DNA of 64,000 bases, from NCBI RefSeq assembly GCF_032055105.1, contig NZ_DAMBRK010000002.1:113646-177645 (forward strand). The letters are read 5' to 3'. The notes beneath the pieces are model-generated. The model saw only the letters and a list, made by a program, of their open reading frames with translations. It made no database searches and was not told where the DNA came from. Below are positions 17,782-27,815 of this stretch, piece by piece; positions within the stretch are counted from its first letter, which is position 1, and each line of letters begins with the position of its first letter. The position numbers and the translations under genes are program-made. Origin of the DNA: Epilithonimonas sp. Lineage in GTDB: Bacteria > Bacteroidota > Bacteroidia > Flavobacteriales > Weeksellaceae.

Positions 17782-19317
17782 TTAAGAACTACAAGACAAT
17801 TGACTACAACCAGTCTGATTATCATATTTTAAAGGCCGTTTTTGATTGAACTCTGGAAAGCGATTTTCATAAGGATTTTGTAAAGCTTCTTTCAGTTTGA
17901 AAAACAATTCATAATCTCCATTTTCAGCATCTTGAATCGCCTCGAACAAGAGATAATTTCTTAGAATGAATTTCGGATTTGTTTTGGACATTAATTCTAA
18001 AGACTCAGTTTCTGAGATTTTATTTTTAAGTTGTCTTGCTTGGTATTTTTCGATGAAATTTGATAGTCTTTTCAATTCACTTTCATTCAGAACTCGGTAA
18101 AAAGAATTGGAAAAATCATTAATATTAATTTCTGAAACTGGTTTCTCAAGACTTTGGAAAAATAAAGTATAATCAAGATTAAAATCCTGCATCAACTGTT
18201 GCCATTCGGTAAAAAACCGTTCATCTTCTGGCAAAACTTCATCGAAACCAAATTTACCTGCTAACATTTTGTCGTGCTCTATCCAAAATCGTTTTCCGTA
18301 ATCATCCAAGATTTTTTCTAAAGTTTCTGAGTCATTAATCAAAGGAAAAATAGCGTTGGCTAAAGCTGCCAAATTCCAATGAGAAATTTGTCCTTGTTTT
18401 CCAAAAGCATAACGTTTTCCCGGCAAATCCGTTGTGTTTGGCGTGAATTCCAAATCATAGCCATCCATCATAGAAAACGGTCCATAATCAATTGTGAGTC
18501 CAAGAATTGACATATTATCGGTATTCATCACGCCGTGAACAAAACCTACACGATACCAATCGATTATCATTTTCAAAGTTCTGTCACAAATAGTTTGAAA
18601 CCAATCAATGTATTTGTTAGGATTATTTTTGGAATTGACTTCTGGATAAAAATTTTCAATTGTATAATCTGCTAATTGTTTCAGCAGATCAGTTTGATTT
18701 CTAGCAGACAACAATTCGAAATGTCCGAAACGAAGAAAAGATTCAGCTGTTCTTACTACAACTGCACCTTGTTCTTTCTGTGGATTTCCGGAATATTGAA
18801 TATCTCTAATAACATCTTCACCAGTTTTTGAAATGCTCAACGCTCTTGTTGTTGGAACACCGAGATGAAACATTGCCTCGCTCATCACATATTCCCGAAT
18901 CGAGGAGCGTAAAACGGCTCTTCCATCTGCGTGTCTAGAATAAGGTGTTGCGCCAGCTCCTTTCCATTGGATTTCGGTTTGATAATTTCCATTGATAATT
19001 TCTCCTGCATAGATTGCTCGTCCGTCTCCTAATTGCCCCGCCCAATTTCCAAATTGATGACCTGCATAAGCGGTTGCGTAAGTTTCGACATTTTCAGGAA
19101 GATTTTGAGCGACAAGGAAATCTTTATTGTTGTCTAATTTACCTAAACCTATTTCGATTGATAACTCTTCATTAAAATCAATTAATTCTGTTTTATCAAA
19201 ATCTGCAGGTTCCACTGTTGAAAACAAAACATCAGGAGTTTGTCTCTGCATCAGATTTCCCGAAAAATCTCCAGGAAATCGTTTTGTGAATTGATGAGTA
19301 ATATTTTTTAAATTCAT
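17782..19317 (-). CDS. selO: Protein adenylyltransferase SelO (YdiU)
   Basis: YAGHQFGNWAGQLGDGRA and MNTDNMSILGLTIDYGPF motifs. The ATG at 19317 is preferred over the TTG at 19323. Confidence 0.9.
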   Translation of the reverse strand: MNLKNITHQFTKRFPGDFSGNLMQRQTPDVLFSTVEPADFDKTELIDFNEELSIEIGLGKLDNNKDFLVAQNLPENVETYATAYAGHQFGNWAGQLGDGRAIYAGEIINGNYQTEIQWKGAGATPYSRHADGRAVLRSSIREYVMSEAMFHLGVPTTRALSISKTGEDVIRDIQYSGNPQKEQGAVVVRTAESFLRFGHFELLSARNQTDLLKQLADYTIENFYPEVNSKNNPNKYIDWFQTICDRTLKMIIDWYRVGFVHGVMNTDNMSILGLTIDYGPFSMMDGYDLEFTPNTTDLPGKRYAFGKQGQISHWNLAALANAIFPLINDSETLEKILDDYGKRFWIEHDKMLAGKFGFDEVLPEDERFFTEWQQLMQDFNLDYTLFFQSLEKPVSEININDFSNSFYRVLNESELKRLSNFIEKYQARQLKNKISETESLELMSKTNPKFILRNYLLFEAIQDAENGDYELFFKLKEALQNPYENRFPEFNQKRPLKYDNQTGCSQLSCSS

Positions 19318-19323
19318 TATCAA

Positions 19324-19352
19324 AAAACCCGTCTCGCTTGATGCGGACGGGA
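19324..19352 (-). terminator. Rho-independent terminator after the PBP1A gene
   Basis: The minus strand reads cccgtccgcatcaagcgagacgggtttttt. Confidence 0.65.
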
Positions 19353-19359
19353 TTTAATT

Positions 19360-21717
19360 TTATTTGTTAAAGTCTATATCATCCGAGGAATTAATAGCTT
19401 CATTAGAATTATCTTCTTTTTTCACTGGTTTGTCTGGAATAACCTGAGTCGGATTTTTGAGTTCCTCAATAGATTGTAATCCACCATCATCACCATATCC
19501 ATTTCTGAGATTATTGAGATCAGAACAACTTCCTGTCCAGTTTGCCGGCTTAATGAATTTATCTTCTGGAAGAATATTCAAAGCTTTGTCTGCAAAAACT
19601 TTTTTCATATAAATTGCCCAAATCGGAAGTCCCATTTTTGCTCCTTGTCCTTCACCTGTGCTCCAGAAGTGCGTTGCTCTATCTTCCCAACCAACCCAAA
19701 CATCAGTCGCTAGTTTTGGAACAATTCCTACAAACCAACCATCTGAGTTTTTCTGAGTTGTCCCGGTTTTACCAGCGATTTCTACACTTGCAGGAATTCC
19801 TCTTCTTCTTAATTCTCCAGAAGCTGTCCCGAATTCTGCAACACCTTTCATCAAATCAATCATTGTGTAAGCGTACATCTCGTTCATTACTTCTTTTACA
19901 ACAGGTTTCACTTCTTTTATGACACGTCCGTTCGCATCCTCAATCCTCCAAATCATTTCCGGTTTTGTATAATTTCCGAAATTGGCAAACGTACTGAAAG
20001 CTCCCAACATCTCATAAATGGTAATATCGGAAGTACCCAAAGCCATTGGCAAATGTTTATCAATTGGACTTGTAACGCCTAAATCTCTTGCTAATTGAAT
20101 AACGTTTTCCGTTCCCGCCATTTCTGCTAGTCGAATTGCAACTGGGTTCAAGGATTTTGCAATCCCTTCTTTCAGTGTAACACTACCTCCTCCTCCTTTT
20201 ACATACCAGCTTCCTTTTTGATAAGGCGCATTAGAAACAGCAGAACAAGGCGTCATACCTAGATGCATAATAGCCGTTGCATATACAAATGGTTTGAAAG
20301 TTGAACCAACCTGTCTTTTTCCTTGTTTCACATGGTCATACTGGAAATGTTGCCAATTGATCCCTCCAACCCAAGCCTTGATATCTCCAGTTGCAGGCTC
20401 CATAGACATCAGACCAGCTTGCGCAATCTGCTTATGATAACGGATAGAATCCCAAGGAGACATCTCAACCTCCTCTTCACCTTGCCAAGTAAATCTAGTC
20501 ATTTTCGTAGGCTGGTGGAACTCGATCATAATAGAGTCTTCTGACATCCCTTCCGCTTTCAACTGCTTGTAACGACCTGTTCTCTTAACTGCAGACATCA
20601 TCAAGTCATTGATTTGAGTTTTGGAAAGATTATAATAAGGACGATTGGGGTTACGCCTCATCTCATTATCAAAGTTTCTTTGAAGATCAGTCAAATGCTC
20701 CTTAATCGCCTCTTCAGCATATTTCTGCATTCTAGAGTCTAAAGTCACATAGATTTTGAGTCCGTTTTTATAAAGATTGAGTTCTTTTCCTGTTTCTTTT
20801 TCGTAAGAATCTAAATACTGCTGAATTTCTTTTCTGAGGTAATATTTATAATAAGAAGAAAAACCTTCCTCAACGGTTTTGATTTCGTGGAAATCTACAA
20901 CTATTGGCGTTGCAATCGCTTTATCATAAGTAGAATTATCAATGTAACCAGTTTCCAACATTTGTTTAAGAACAACATCTCTTCTGGTTTTTGCTTTTTC
21001 TGGATTTCTGTAAGGATTATTTCTTCTTGGCGCTTCCAACATTGCTACAAAAGTTGCTGCCTCTGGTAATGTCAACTGACTCACAGATTTATTAAAATAA
21101 ACTCTGGAAGCCATTTCGATTCCTTTTGCATTGAAAAGGAAATCCATCTTATTGAAGTATAAAGCAACAATTTCTTCCTTCGTGTAACGCTTTTCAAGGC
21201 TTACTGCAACGCACCATTCTTTCAGTTTCTGGAAAGCTCTTTCAAATCTATTTTGGGAAGCATTTCCTGTGAATAATAATTTCGCTAACTGTTGTGTAAT
21301 CGTAGAACCTCCACCTCTTCTTCCACCAAAATAAATTGCTCTAGCAACCGACTGCATATCAATTCCAGAATGTTCTTTAAAGCGCTCGTCTTCTTTCGCT
21401 TGTAATGCATAAACCAAATATGGCGGAAGTTGCTTGTAAGTTACCGGTTTGGTTTTTTCTTTTTCAAATTTCCCTAGTAGAACATTATCCGAAGAATAAA
21501 TCTCGGATGCAACATAAATGTCAGGATTCTCCAACTCCTTCACATCCGGCATATCTCCTACAAAACCTTGGGAAACAGCAAAAAACAAACCTGAAATACC
21601 TAGTACAACTGCAAAGAATCCTATCCAAATGATTTTGATCCATTTTCTGATTCCGGATTTCGCTTTTTTCTTGTCTGGCAGAGGAAATTTTTTATGTTCA
21701 GTTTTCTTATTTTCCAT
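19360..21717 (-). CDS. Class A penicillin-binding protein (PBP1A-type transglycosylase/transpeptidase)
   Basis: GT51 motifs (EDERFKEHSGID, GGSTITQQLAK) and transpeptidase motifs STFKP and KTGTT. Confidence 0.9.
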   Translation of the reverse strand: MENKKTEHKKFPLPDKKKAKSGIRKWIKIIWIGFFAVVLGISGLFFAVSQGFVGDMPDVKELENPDIYVASEIYSSDNVLLGKFEKEKTKPVTYKQLPPYLVYALQAKEDERFKEHSGIDMQSVARAIYFGGRRGGGSTITQQLAKLLFTGNASQNRFERAFQKLKEWCVAVSLEKRYTKEEIVALYFNKMDFLFNAKGIEMASRVYFNKSVSQLTLPEAATFVAMLEAPRRNNPYRNPEKAKTRRDVVLKQMLETGYIDNSTYDKAIATPIVVDFHEIKTVEEGFSSYYKYYLRKEIQQYLDSYEKETGKELNLYKNGLKIYVTLDSRMQKYAEEAIKEHLTDLQRNFDNEMRRNPNRPYYNLSKTQINDLMMSAVKRTGRYKQLKAEGMSEDSIMIEFHQPTKMTRFTWQGEEEVEMSPWDSIRYHKQIAQAGLMSMEPATGDIKAWVGGINWQHFQYDHVKQGKRQVGSTFKPFVYATAIMHLGMTPCSAVSNAPYQKGSWYVKGGGGSVTLKEGIAKSLNPVAIRLAEMAGTENVIQLARDLGVTSPIDKHLPMALGTSDITIYEMLGAFSTFANFGNYTKPEMIWRIEDANGRVIKEVKPVVKEVMNEMYAYTMIDLMKGVAEFGTASGELRRRGIPASVEIAGKTGTTQKNSDGWFVGIVPKLATDVWVGWEDRATHFWSTGEGQGAKMGLPIWAIYMKKVFADKALNILPEDKFIKPANWTGSCSDLNNLRNGYGDDGGLQSIEELKNPTQVIPDKPVKKEDNSNEAINSSDDIDFNK

Positions 21718-21724
21718 TAATAAA

Positions 21725-22195
21725 TTATGGCTTTAAGTTTTGAATTTTAATTCCTATATCTTCTATTCCTGGCAATACATTTCTTCTCATTGCCTGAACA
21801 ACTTTGACAGAATAATTACCATTTTGTGGAAATTTATAGTTGAGTTTATATTGAAAAATAATCTCTTTCGTATCACCAAAACCTGTTCCAATCCATTCTC
21901 CATTTGGCTTTGCTAGAACAAAATTAAGAGTATCTGTTGAGATCTTTTTTTTATCATGTTCGATGCTTGCAATCAATCTTAGATTACTGTATGGATAATC
22001 GTTATTATTCCGAACAACAAACATCAAATTTTTCTGATTTTGAGCATCGTTGACCTCAAAATCAAATGATTGAGGAACATTCTTTTTCCATTGATTCCCA
22101 ACATCATTTACCAAAATTTTTTCATTACTATTTTGGCAGGAACTCAAAGATAAAAATAGGACAAAAACAACTATTGATCTATGCATTACCTTCAT
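21725..22195 (-). CDS. gldH: Gliding motility lipoprotein GldH
   Basis: Start at MKVMHRSIVVFVLFLSLSSCQ (lipobox). Its ~157-aa size and its PSP1-adjacent position are typical of gldH. Overlaps the PSP1 stop. Confidence 0.7.
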   Translation of the reverse strand: MKVMHRSIVVFVLFLSLSSCQNSNEKILVNDVGNQWKKNVPQSFDFEVNDAQNQKNLMFVVRNNNDYPYSNLRLIASIEHDKKKISTDTLNFVLAKPNGEWIGTGFGDTKEIIFQYKLNYKFPQNGNYSVKVVQAMRRNVLPGIEDIGIKIQNLKP

Positions 22196-23648
22196 TTTTC
22201 GGCGGAAATTTCTTTTTCGGTTTCTTGAACGGTTTTTTCTGAGTTTTATTTTCCGTTGTTTGATTATTATCTGTAGTTTGAGCTTTCGGAGTTTCAGTTT
22301 TATTTTCCGTAGGCTTTTGATTGTTCTGACGATTTTTACGATCAGCGTTTCGCGGATTTTTATGACCTTGTCCTTGATTTCCTTTTGTCTGAACTTTTGG
22401 TTCACCAGCTTTGCTTTCTAAAGATTTTTGCTCATTAGAACTATTCCTGTTATCCGCTTGTCTTGGAGTTTTATTATCAGCCTGCTTCTTGGACGATCTG
22501 TTATCTGATTGTCTCGGATTATTTCTCTCTCTATTATTATTGTTTGGTCTTGGTTTTCTGTTCTTTTTCTCGAAACGATCCACACTATTTTCTTGAATCA
22601 AATCAGATGTCACCATCTTATTTTCAATCACTTTCAGATCTTCCAAAGCCGGAGATTTTTCTCCCCTTTTGTTCATTACAATCATCTTCTGAACTTCGTA
22701 GATATCAAGATCATACCAAGCCATAGAATTCTCTACGTACGCAAACCACATTTTCTTTTTGAAAACATCGATTTTTATGCAAAATGCTCTTCCTTTTTCT
22801 GTATTCAGAACGGTGCTAGATGAAGGAAAATCTCTTAAAACATCAAGATAACTATCCAATTCATAGTTCAGACAACATTTCAATTTTCCGCATTGTCCTG
22901 CTAATTTTTGAGGATTGATACTCAATTGTTGATATCTCGCAGCATTGGTATTCACAGAGCGAAAATCCGTTAACCAAGTTGAACAGCATAATTCTCTTCC
23001 ACAAGAACCAATTCCTCCTACTTTTGCAGATTCTTGACGGAAACCAATTTGTTTCATATCAATCTTTGTGCGGAAAGTAGAAGCGTATTCTTTTATCAGC
23101 TGGCGAAAATCGATACGATTGTCTGCTGTATAATAAAAAGTAACTTTTGAGCCATCTCCTTGATATTCAACGTCTGTAATTTTCATCTCAAGATTAAGAC
23201 CGTAAGCAATTTTACGAGCTTGTACCTTGATATCGTTTTCTTTTTTTCTTAGATCCTGCCAAGTTTCTACATCTTTTTGATTGGCAAGACGATAAACTTT
23301 TTGTATCCCATCCTCGTGTACGTTTTTCTTTTTCATTTGGATTTTCACCAATTCTCCAGAAAGACTTACTACACCTATATCGTGACCCGGACTAGATTCT
23401 ACAGCAATGATACTTCCTATATGTAAAGGCAGGTTGTTGACGTTTCTATAATATAATTTACGTTCATTTTTAAAACGAACTTCCACATATTCTGAACTTT
23501 TCGACGATGATGGATTAACATCTGAAAGCCAGTCAAAAACACTTAATTTATAACTATTGCCACAAGTATCTACACTACTGCACCCACTGGCACTCTTCGT
23601 ACCGCAAGAGTGGGAAGAATCGCCGGATGTTTTACATCCACAACTCAT
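22179..23648 (-). CDS. PSP1 domain protein (RicT-like) with a Cys-rich N-terminus and a basic low-complexity C-terminal tail
   Basis: PSP1 core with the CGRELCC ... CGKLKCCLNYE motif. The N-terminus is MSCGCKTSGDSSHSCGTKSASGCSSVDTCG. The C-terminal ~130 aa are rich in N, K, R and Q. Confidence 0.8.
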   Translation of the reverse strand: MSCGCKTSGDSSHSCGTKSASGCSSVDTCGNSYKLSVFDWLSDVNPSSSKSSEYVEVRFKNERKLYYRNVNNLPLHIGSIIAVESSPGHDIGVVSLSGELVKIQMKKKNVHEDGIQKVYRLANQKDVETWQDLRKKENDIKVQARKIAYGLNLEMKITDVEYQGDGSKVTFYYTADNRIDFRQLIKEYASTFRTKIDMKQIGFRQESAKVGGIGSCGRELCCSTWLTDFRSVNTNAARYQQLSINPQKLAGQCGKLKCCLNYELDSYLDVLRDFPSSSTVLNTEKGRAFCIKIDVFKKKMWFAYVENSMAWYDLDIYEVQKMIVMNKRGEKSPALEDLKVIENKMVTSDLIQENSVDRFEKKNRKPRPNNNNRERNNPRQSDNRSSKKQADNKTPRQADNRNSSNEQKSLESKAGEPKVQTKGNQGQGHKNPRNADRKNRQNNQKPTENKTETPKAQTTDNNQTTENKTQKKPFKKPKKKFPPKNEGNA

Positions 23649-23998
23649 ATTTTATTTTTTATGTCTGATTGCAAAGTTAATATAAATTTTATTAGAGCTT
23701 GACGATTATATCTTTTAAAAAATTTTTTTTGTTAATTATTAGTTAATACATAATTAATATTGATAAATAATTAACAGAAACGCATATTTATTAACATTAA
23801 AACAATTAGATAGGTAACATTTTAATATGGTTTGCATTGCATTGTTTAAAATTAAACTAATAAAAAAAACATTTAAATAAAAATCACAAAACAAACATTA
23901 TCAATACATTAAATAGTAAATCAAATCAAACAACTATTCTACAAATAGCATTGTTTAACTTTTTTTAATAATTTTTATAATTGTTATTAAAATAATTA

Positions 23999-24006
23999 TA
24001 AATTTG
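23999..24006 (+). promoter_or_regulatory. Candidate -7 element (TAAATTTG) for the FadL-like gene
   Basis: Exact match 20 nt upstream of the ATG at 24026. Confidence 0.35.
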
Positions 24007-24025
24007 GAACATTAATAATAATTAT

Positions 24026-25270
24026 ATGAAACGAATTTTAATATCAATGGCATTAGCGGCCGGAGTTATGACATATGCAGGAGGTTTCCGAGTATCTCTA
24101 CAAGGTGTTAAACAGCTGGCGATGGCTCATACAAGTGCTCACGCAGAAGATGCAAGTGTTGCATTCTTCAACCCAGCAGGAATTTCTTTCATTCCTTCGA
24201 AACTGAGTGTTGCAGCCGGCGGTTTTGGAATATCTAATCAGATTACGTATCAAAACACTAGCACCCTACAACAGACAGAAACAGATAATCCTTTAGGAAC
24301 GCCTGTTTATGCAGCTATAGCATACAAAGTTTTGGACAATCTTTCTGTCGGCTTCAGCTTCTCAACACCATTTGGAAGTACTATTGAATGGCCTAATGAT
24401 TGGGAAGGTAAAGAAATGGTACAAAAAATGGAACTTAAAAGTTATATGTTCCAACCAATGGTTTCTTTAAAATTAGCTCCATGGGCTTCTTTTGGAGCCA
24501 GTTATATCTATGCAAAAGGAAAAGTAGACTGGACAAAAGCTTTAACAGCATATAATGGTCAACTCAATCTTTTGGATGATAACGCGACCGGTCATGGTTT
24601 CGGATTTGGTTTCTATTTTCAGCCAGATGATAAATGGGATGTGAGTGTTGCATACCGTTCTCCTGTAGACATGAAAGCTAAGAAAGGAAAAGCAACATTT
24701 ATGGTACCTACTTCGCTATACCCAAATCTAAACTTAGTTAGCACCGGTGGCGTTGACAACTTCAAAGCTACGCTACCTTTGGTGGACGAGTACACTCTAG
24801 GTTTAACCTATAAGATTACACCAAAATGGTTAGTTTCTGCAGATTACAACTATCACGGTTGGGAAAGATACAGCAAGTTAACTTTAACATTTGAAAATGC
24901 ACCAGCAGCCGCTGCAACTAATCCATCAAATCCTAAAGTTTCAACTACGCCTAAAAACTTTAAAAATACCTCTAGTGTACGTGTTGGTACTCAATACGCT
25001 TTCAATGATTTAATTGTTGGTAGATTAGGTTGGTATTATGATGAGACGCCTTATGCCGATAAAGACTTCATCCCTGAAACACCTTCTTTTGATAATTATG
25101 TAATCACAGGAGGTATTGGTTTGAAATTCAATAAATTGGGAGTTGACATTTCCGGAGCTTATGCAATGCCAAAAAGCAGAACTTTCAACAATGCATATTA
25201 CAATTTTGCTGGACAGGCAAAAGCTGATGTATTTTACTTTGGTTTAGGATTATCTTACAACGCATTTTAA
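24026..25270 (+). CDS. FadL/OmpP1/TodX family outer-membrane transport protein
   Basis: Signal peptide, N-terminal GGFRVSLQG... hatch-like motif, beta-barrel periodicity and a C-terminal aromatic residue (NAF). Confidence 0.75.
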   Translation: MKRILISMALAAGVMTYAGGFRVSLQGVKQLAMAHTSAHAEDASVAFFNPAGISFIPSKLSVAAGGFGISNQITYQNTSTLQQTETDNPLGTPVYAAIAYKVLDNLSVGFSFSTPFGSTIEWPNDWEGKEMVQKMELKSYMFQPMVSLKLAPWASFGASYIYAKGKVDWTKALTAYNGQLNLLDDNATGHGFGFGFYFQPDDKWDVSVAYRSPVDMKAKKGKATFMVPTSLYPNLNLVSTGGVDNFKATLPLVDEYTLGLTYKITPKWLVSADYNYHGWERYSKLTLTFENAPAAAATNPSNPKVSTTPKNFKNTSSVRVGTQYAFNDLIVGRLGWYYDETPYADKDFIPETPSFDNYVITGGIGLKFNKLGVDISGAYAMPKSRTFNNAYYNFAGQAKADVFYFGLGLSYNAF

Positions 25271-25284
25271 AAATTGAATCTATT

Positions 25285-26838
25285 ATGAAAAAATTATATA
25301 TATCAACCTTGGCCGCAACACTTCTATTGACAGCGAGTTGTGAAACAGATTTTGATAACAGCACAGAAGATGTGGTTGTAACTACTGGCGAAGCAGATTT
25401 TTCAAAATATGTCTCTCTAGGAAACTCCTTAACTTCTGGATATAGAGATGGTGCATTATACTCCAGTGGACAGAGTCAATCTTACCCAAGTATGCTTGCT
25501 GCTCAAATGAAACTTGCAGACGGTGGGGAATTTTCCCAGCCAATGATGCCAAATGATATTGGAGGATTTATCGGACTTCCTGGTTTTGGTGGAAGATACA
25601 ACCTTCAGTTGGTAGACGTTAAAGACTACACAGGCGCCGTTACAGGCAAGACTCTTTCTCCTGTACAATCTACTGCTGCCGCTGCTTTAGATGCTATTGG
25701 AGGAGCAGGAAAATACTTCAACAACATGGGAGTTCCTGGTGCAAAATCTTTCCACCTTGTAACACCAGGATATGGAAGCCTTGTTAACTTACAAGTTGGC
25801 GCTGCTAACCCTTATTTTGTAAGATTTGCAACTTCTGCTACCACTACTGTTTTAGCAGATGCAATGGCTCAAAAACCAACTTTCTTCTCTCTTTGGATCG
25901 GAGCAAATGACATACTATCTTATTCCACCAACGGAGGAACAAACTCGCAAACCGTAGGAGGAGTTACAACATACAGTCAAGCAACTGATCAAAATGGAAA
26001 CACAAATCCTGCTACGTATAAATCAAATGATATCTCTGATCCTAACGTATTAGCAGCCTCTATAAAAGCAGTTTTGGATGGACTAAAAAGCGTGGGATCT
26101 ACAAAAGGTGTTATAGCAAATATCCCATACGTAACATCCATACCTTACTTTACAACAGTCCCTTACAATCCAGTTCCGCTGAATGCAACTTCAGCCGCTA
26201 CACTTAATGGAAATTTCAGCGTCCTAAATGGTGCACTTGCAAATGCTGGTCTCCCTGCAAGATTTGTAACACTTACAGCTTCTGCAAAAAATCCAGTACT
26301 GATTGTTGACAAAAGTTTAATAGACATATCCGCCTTCCTACCTCCTCAATATGCAATGTATGGACAGGCAAGACATGCAACTGCAGAAGACCTCATCTTG
26401 TTACCAGCATCGTCTTTGATAGGAAAAGATCCTGCAACGGGATTACCACCAAGCCCTACATCACAGACAATCACAGGAGTTACAATTCCTTTAGCTGATC
26501 AATTGGCTTTAACAAAAACAGAAGCAGCAAAAGTAAAAACAGCCACAGACACTTATAATGCGTCTATCAAAAGCTTAGCAGATGCTTATGGATTAGCTTT
26601 TGTTGATGCTAGTGCAAAGATGGTTGAACTCAATTCGACCTCAGGCCTTCAATACGATGGTGTAAAATATACCGCAACTTTTGTAACAGGAGGAACTTTT
26701 TCTCTAGATGGTGTACACCCAACAGGAAGAGGTTATGCTATTATTGCTAATGAATTCTTAAAAGCAATTAATACCAAATACAAATCGAATCTACCAATGG
26801 TAAGTCCAAATTCTTATTCCGGAGTTACCTTCCCATAA
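25285..26838 (+). CDS. SGNH/GDSL-type hydrolase lipoprotein
   Basis: Lipobox LLTASC, block I GNSLTSGY, and block V DGVHPT near the C-terminus. Confidence 0.7.
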   Translation: MKKLYISTLAATLLLTASCETDFDNSTEDVVVTTGEADFSKYVSLGNSLTSGYRDGALYSSGQSQSYPSMLAAQMKLADGGEFSQPMMPNDIGGFIGLPGFGGRYNLQLVDVKDYTGAVTGKTLSPVQSTAAAALDAIGGAGKYFNNMGVPGAKSFHLVTPGYGSLVNLQVGAANPYFVRFATSATTTVLADAMAQKPTFFSLWIGANDILSYSTNGGTNSQTVGGVTTYSQATDQNGNTNPATYKSNDISDPNVLAASIKAVLDGLKSVGSTKGVIANIPYVTSIPYFTTVPYNPVPLNATSAATLNGNFSVLNGALANAGLPARFVTLTASAKNPVLIVDKSLIDISAFLPPQYAMYGQARHATAEDLILLPASSLIGKDPATGLPPSPTSQTITGVTIPLADQLALTKTEAAKVKTATDTYNASIKSLADAYGLAFVDASAKMVELNSTSGLQYDGVKYTATFVTGGTFSLDGVHPTGRGYAIIANEFLKAINTKYKSNLPMVSPNSYSGVTFP

Positions 26839-26858
26839 TTAAATTAAAATATTAACAC

Positions 26859-26887
26859 AAAACCGTTTCTTTTTTAGGAGCGGTTTT
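26859..26887 (+). terminator. Candidate terminator after the SGNH hydrolase gene
   Basis: The stem pairs aaaaccg with cggtttt, followed by a T-run. The loop is long (about 15 nt), so confidence is modest. Confidence 0.4.
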
Positions 26888-26956
26888 TGTTTGAATATTA
26901 ATAATAATTTTCAAAATATAAAATTTTGATTATTTTTACACTCGCAAGATTAAACA

Positions 26957-27382
26957 ATGCTTTCAAAAAGAGTCAAATACGCTATCAAAACTTTGCTGTT
27001 TCTTAACCGCAAAGACAACGCTTCTTTATTTTCTGCAAAAAAAATTTCGGAGAGCGAACGTATTCCTCTTAAATTCTTGGAACAAATCCTAAGAGAACTC
27101 AAGCAAAACAAAATCCTTAAAAGCGAAAGAGGCGCTGAAGGTGGTTACACTTTTATGAAAGATCCTGCCGATATCAAAGTTCTTGACGTCATCAGAATTG
27201 TGGACGGTCCAGTTGCAATGTTACCTTGCGCTTCTCTCAATTTTTATGAAAAATGCGCCGATTGCACTGATGAAGCTACTTGCAGCATTAGAAAATTATT
27301 AATCTGTGTTCGTGATAATATGCTGCCGCTTTTGGACACAAGCATTGCTGATATGACCAAGTCTGATAAATCTCCAATCTAA
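26957..27382 (+). CDS. Rrf2 family transcriptional regulator
   Basis: N-terminal Rrf2 wHTH pattern (RVKYAIKTLLFL ... LEQILRELK) and a C-terminal Cys cluster. Confidence 0.8.
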   Translation: MLSKRVKYAIKTLLFLNRKDNASLFSAKKISESERIPLKFLEQILRELKQNKILKSERGAEGGYTFMKDPADIKVLDVIRIVDGPVAMLPCASLNFYEKCADCTDEATCSIRKLLICVRDNMLPLLDTSIADMTKSDKSPI

Positions 27383-27814
27383 ATGTTCACAGACGAATAT
27401 TTTATGAAAATGGCTTTGCAAGAGGCCGAAAAAGCATTAGAAAAAGACGAAGTTCCTGTTGGATGCATCATTGTTTCAAATGACAGAGTCATTGCAAAAT
27501 CTCACAATCTTACCGAAACCCTAAATGATGTGACCGCTCACGCAGAAATGCAAGCTATAACCTCAGCTGCTAATTTTTTGGGTGGGAAATATCTTCAAAA
27601 TTGTACTTTGTATGTGACATTAGAACCTTGCGTGATGTGTTCCGGAGCTTTAGCTTGGTCACAAATTTCTAAAGTTGTAATTGGCGCTAGAGATGCACAG
27701 AGAGGTTTCATTAATAAAAACTTATCTCTTCATCCGAAAACTGAAGTCGTAACCGGAATTTTGGAGAACGAATGTTCCGAAATTGTTAAAACTTTTTTCA
27801 AAAATAAAAGATAG
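27383..27814 (+). CDS. tadA: tRNA adenosine(34) deaminase
   Basis: HAEMQAI and PCVMCSGA zinc-binding motifs. 143 aa. Confidence 0.9.
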   Translation: MFTDEYFMKMALQEAEKALEKDEVPVGCIIVSNDRVIAKSHNLTETLNDVTAHAEMQAITSAANFLGGKYLQNCTLYVTLEPCVMCSGALAWSQISKVVIGARDAQRGFINKNLSLHPKTEVVTGILENECSEIVKTFFKNKR

Positions 27815-27815
27815 T

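Noticed and set aside
21725-22405. Long 226-aa version of the gldH ORF with a Lys/Arg-rich N-terminal extension.
   Set aside because: The extension is the alternative reading frame of the low-complexity PSP1 tail. The lipoprotein signal peptide begins at the internal Met (ATG at 22195), which gives a typical GldH size.
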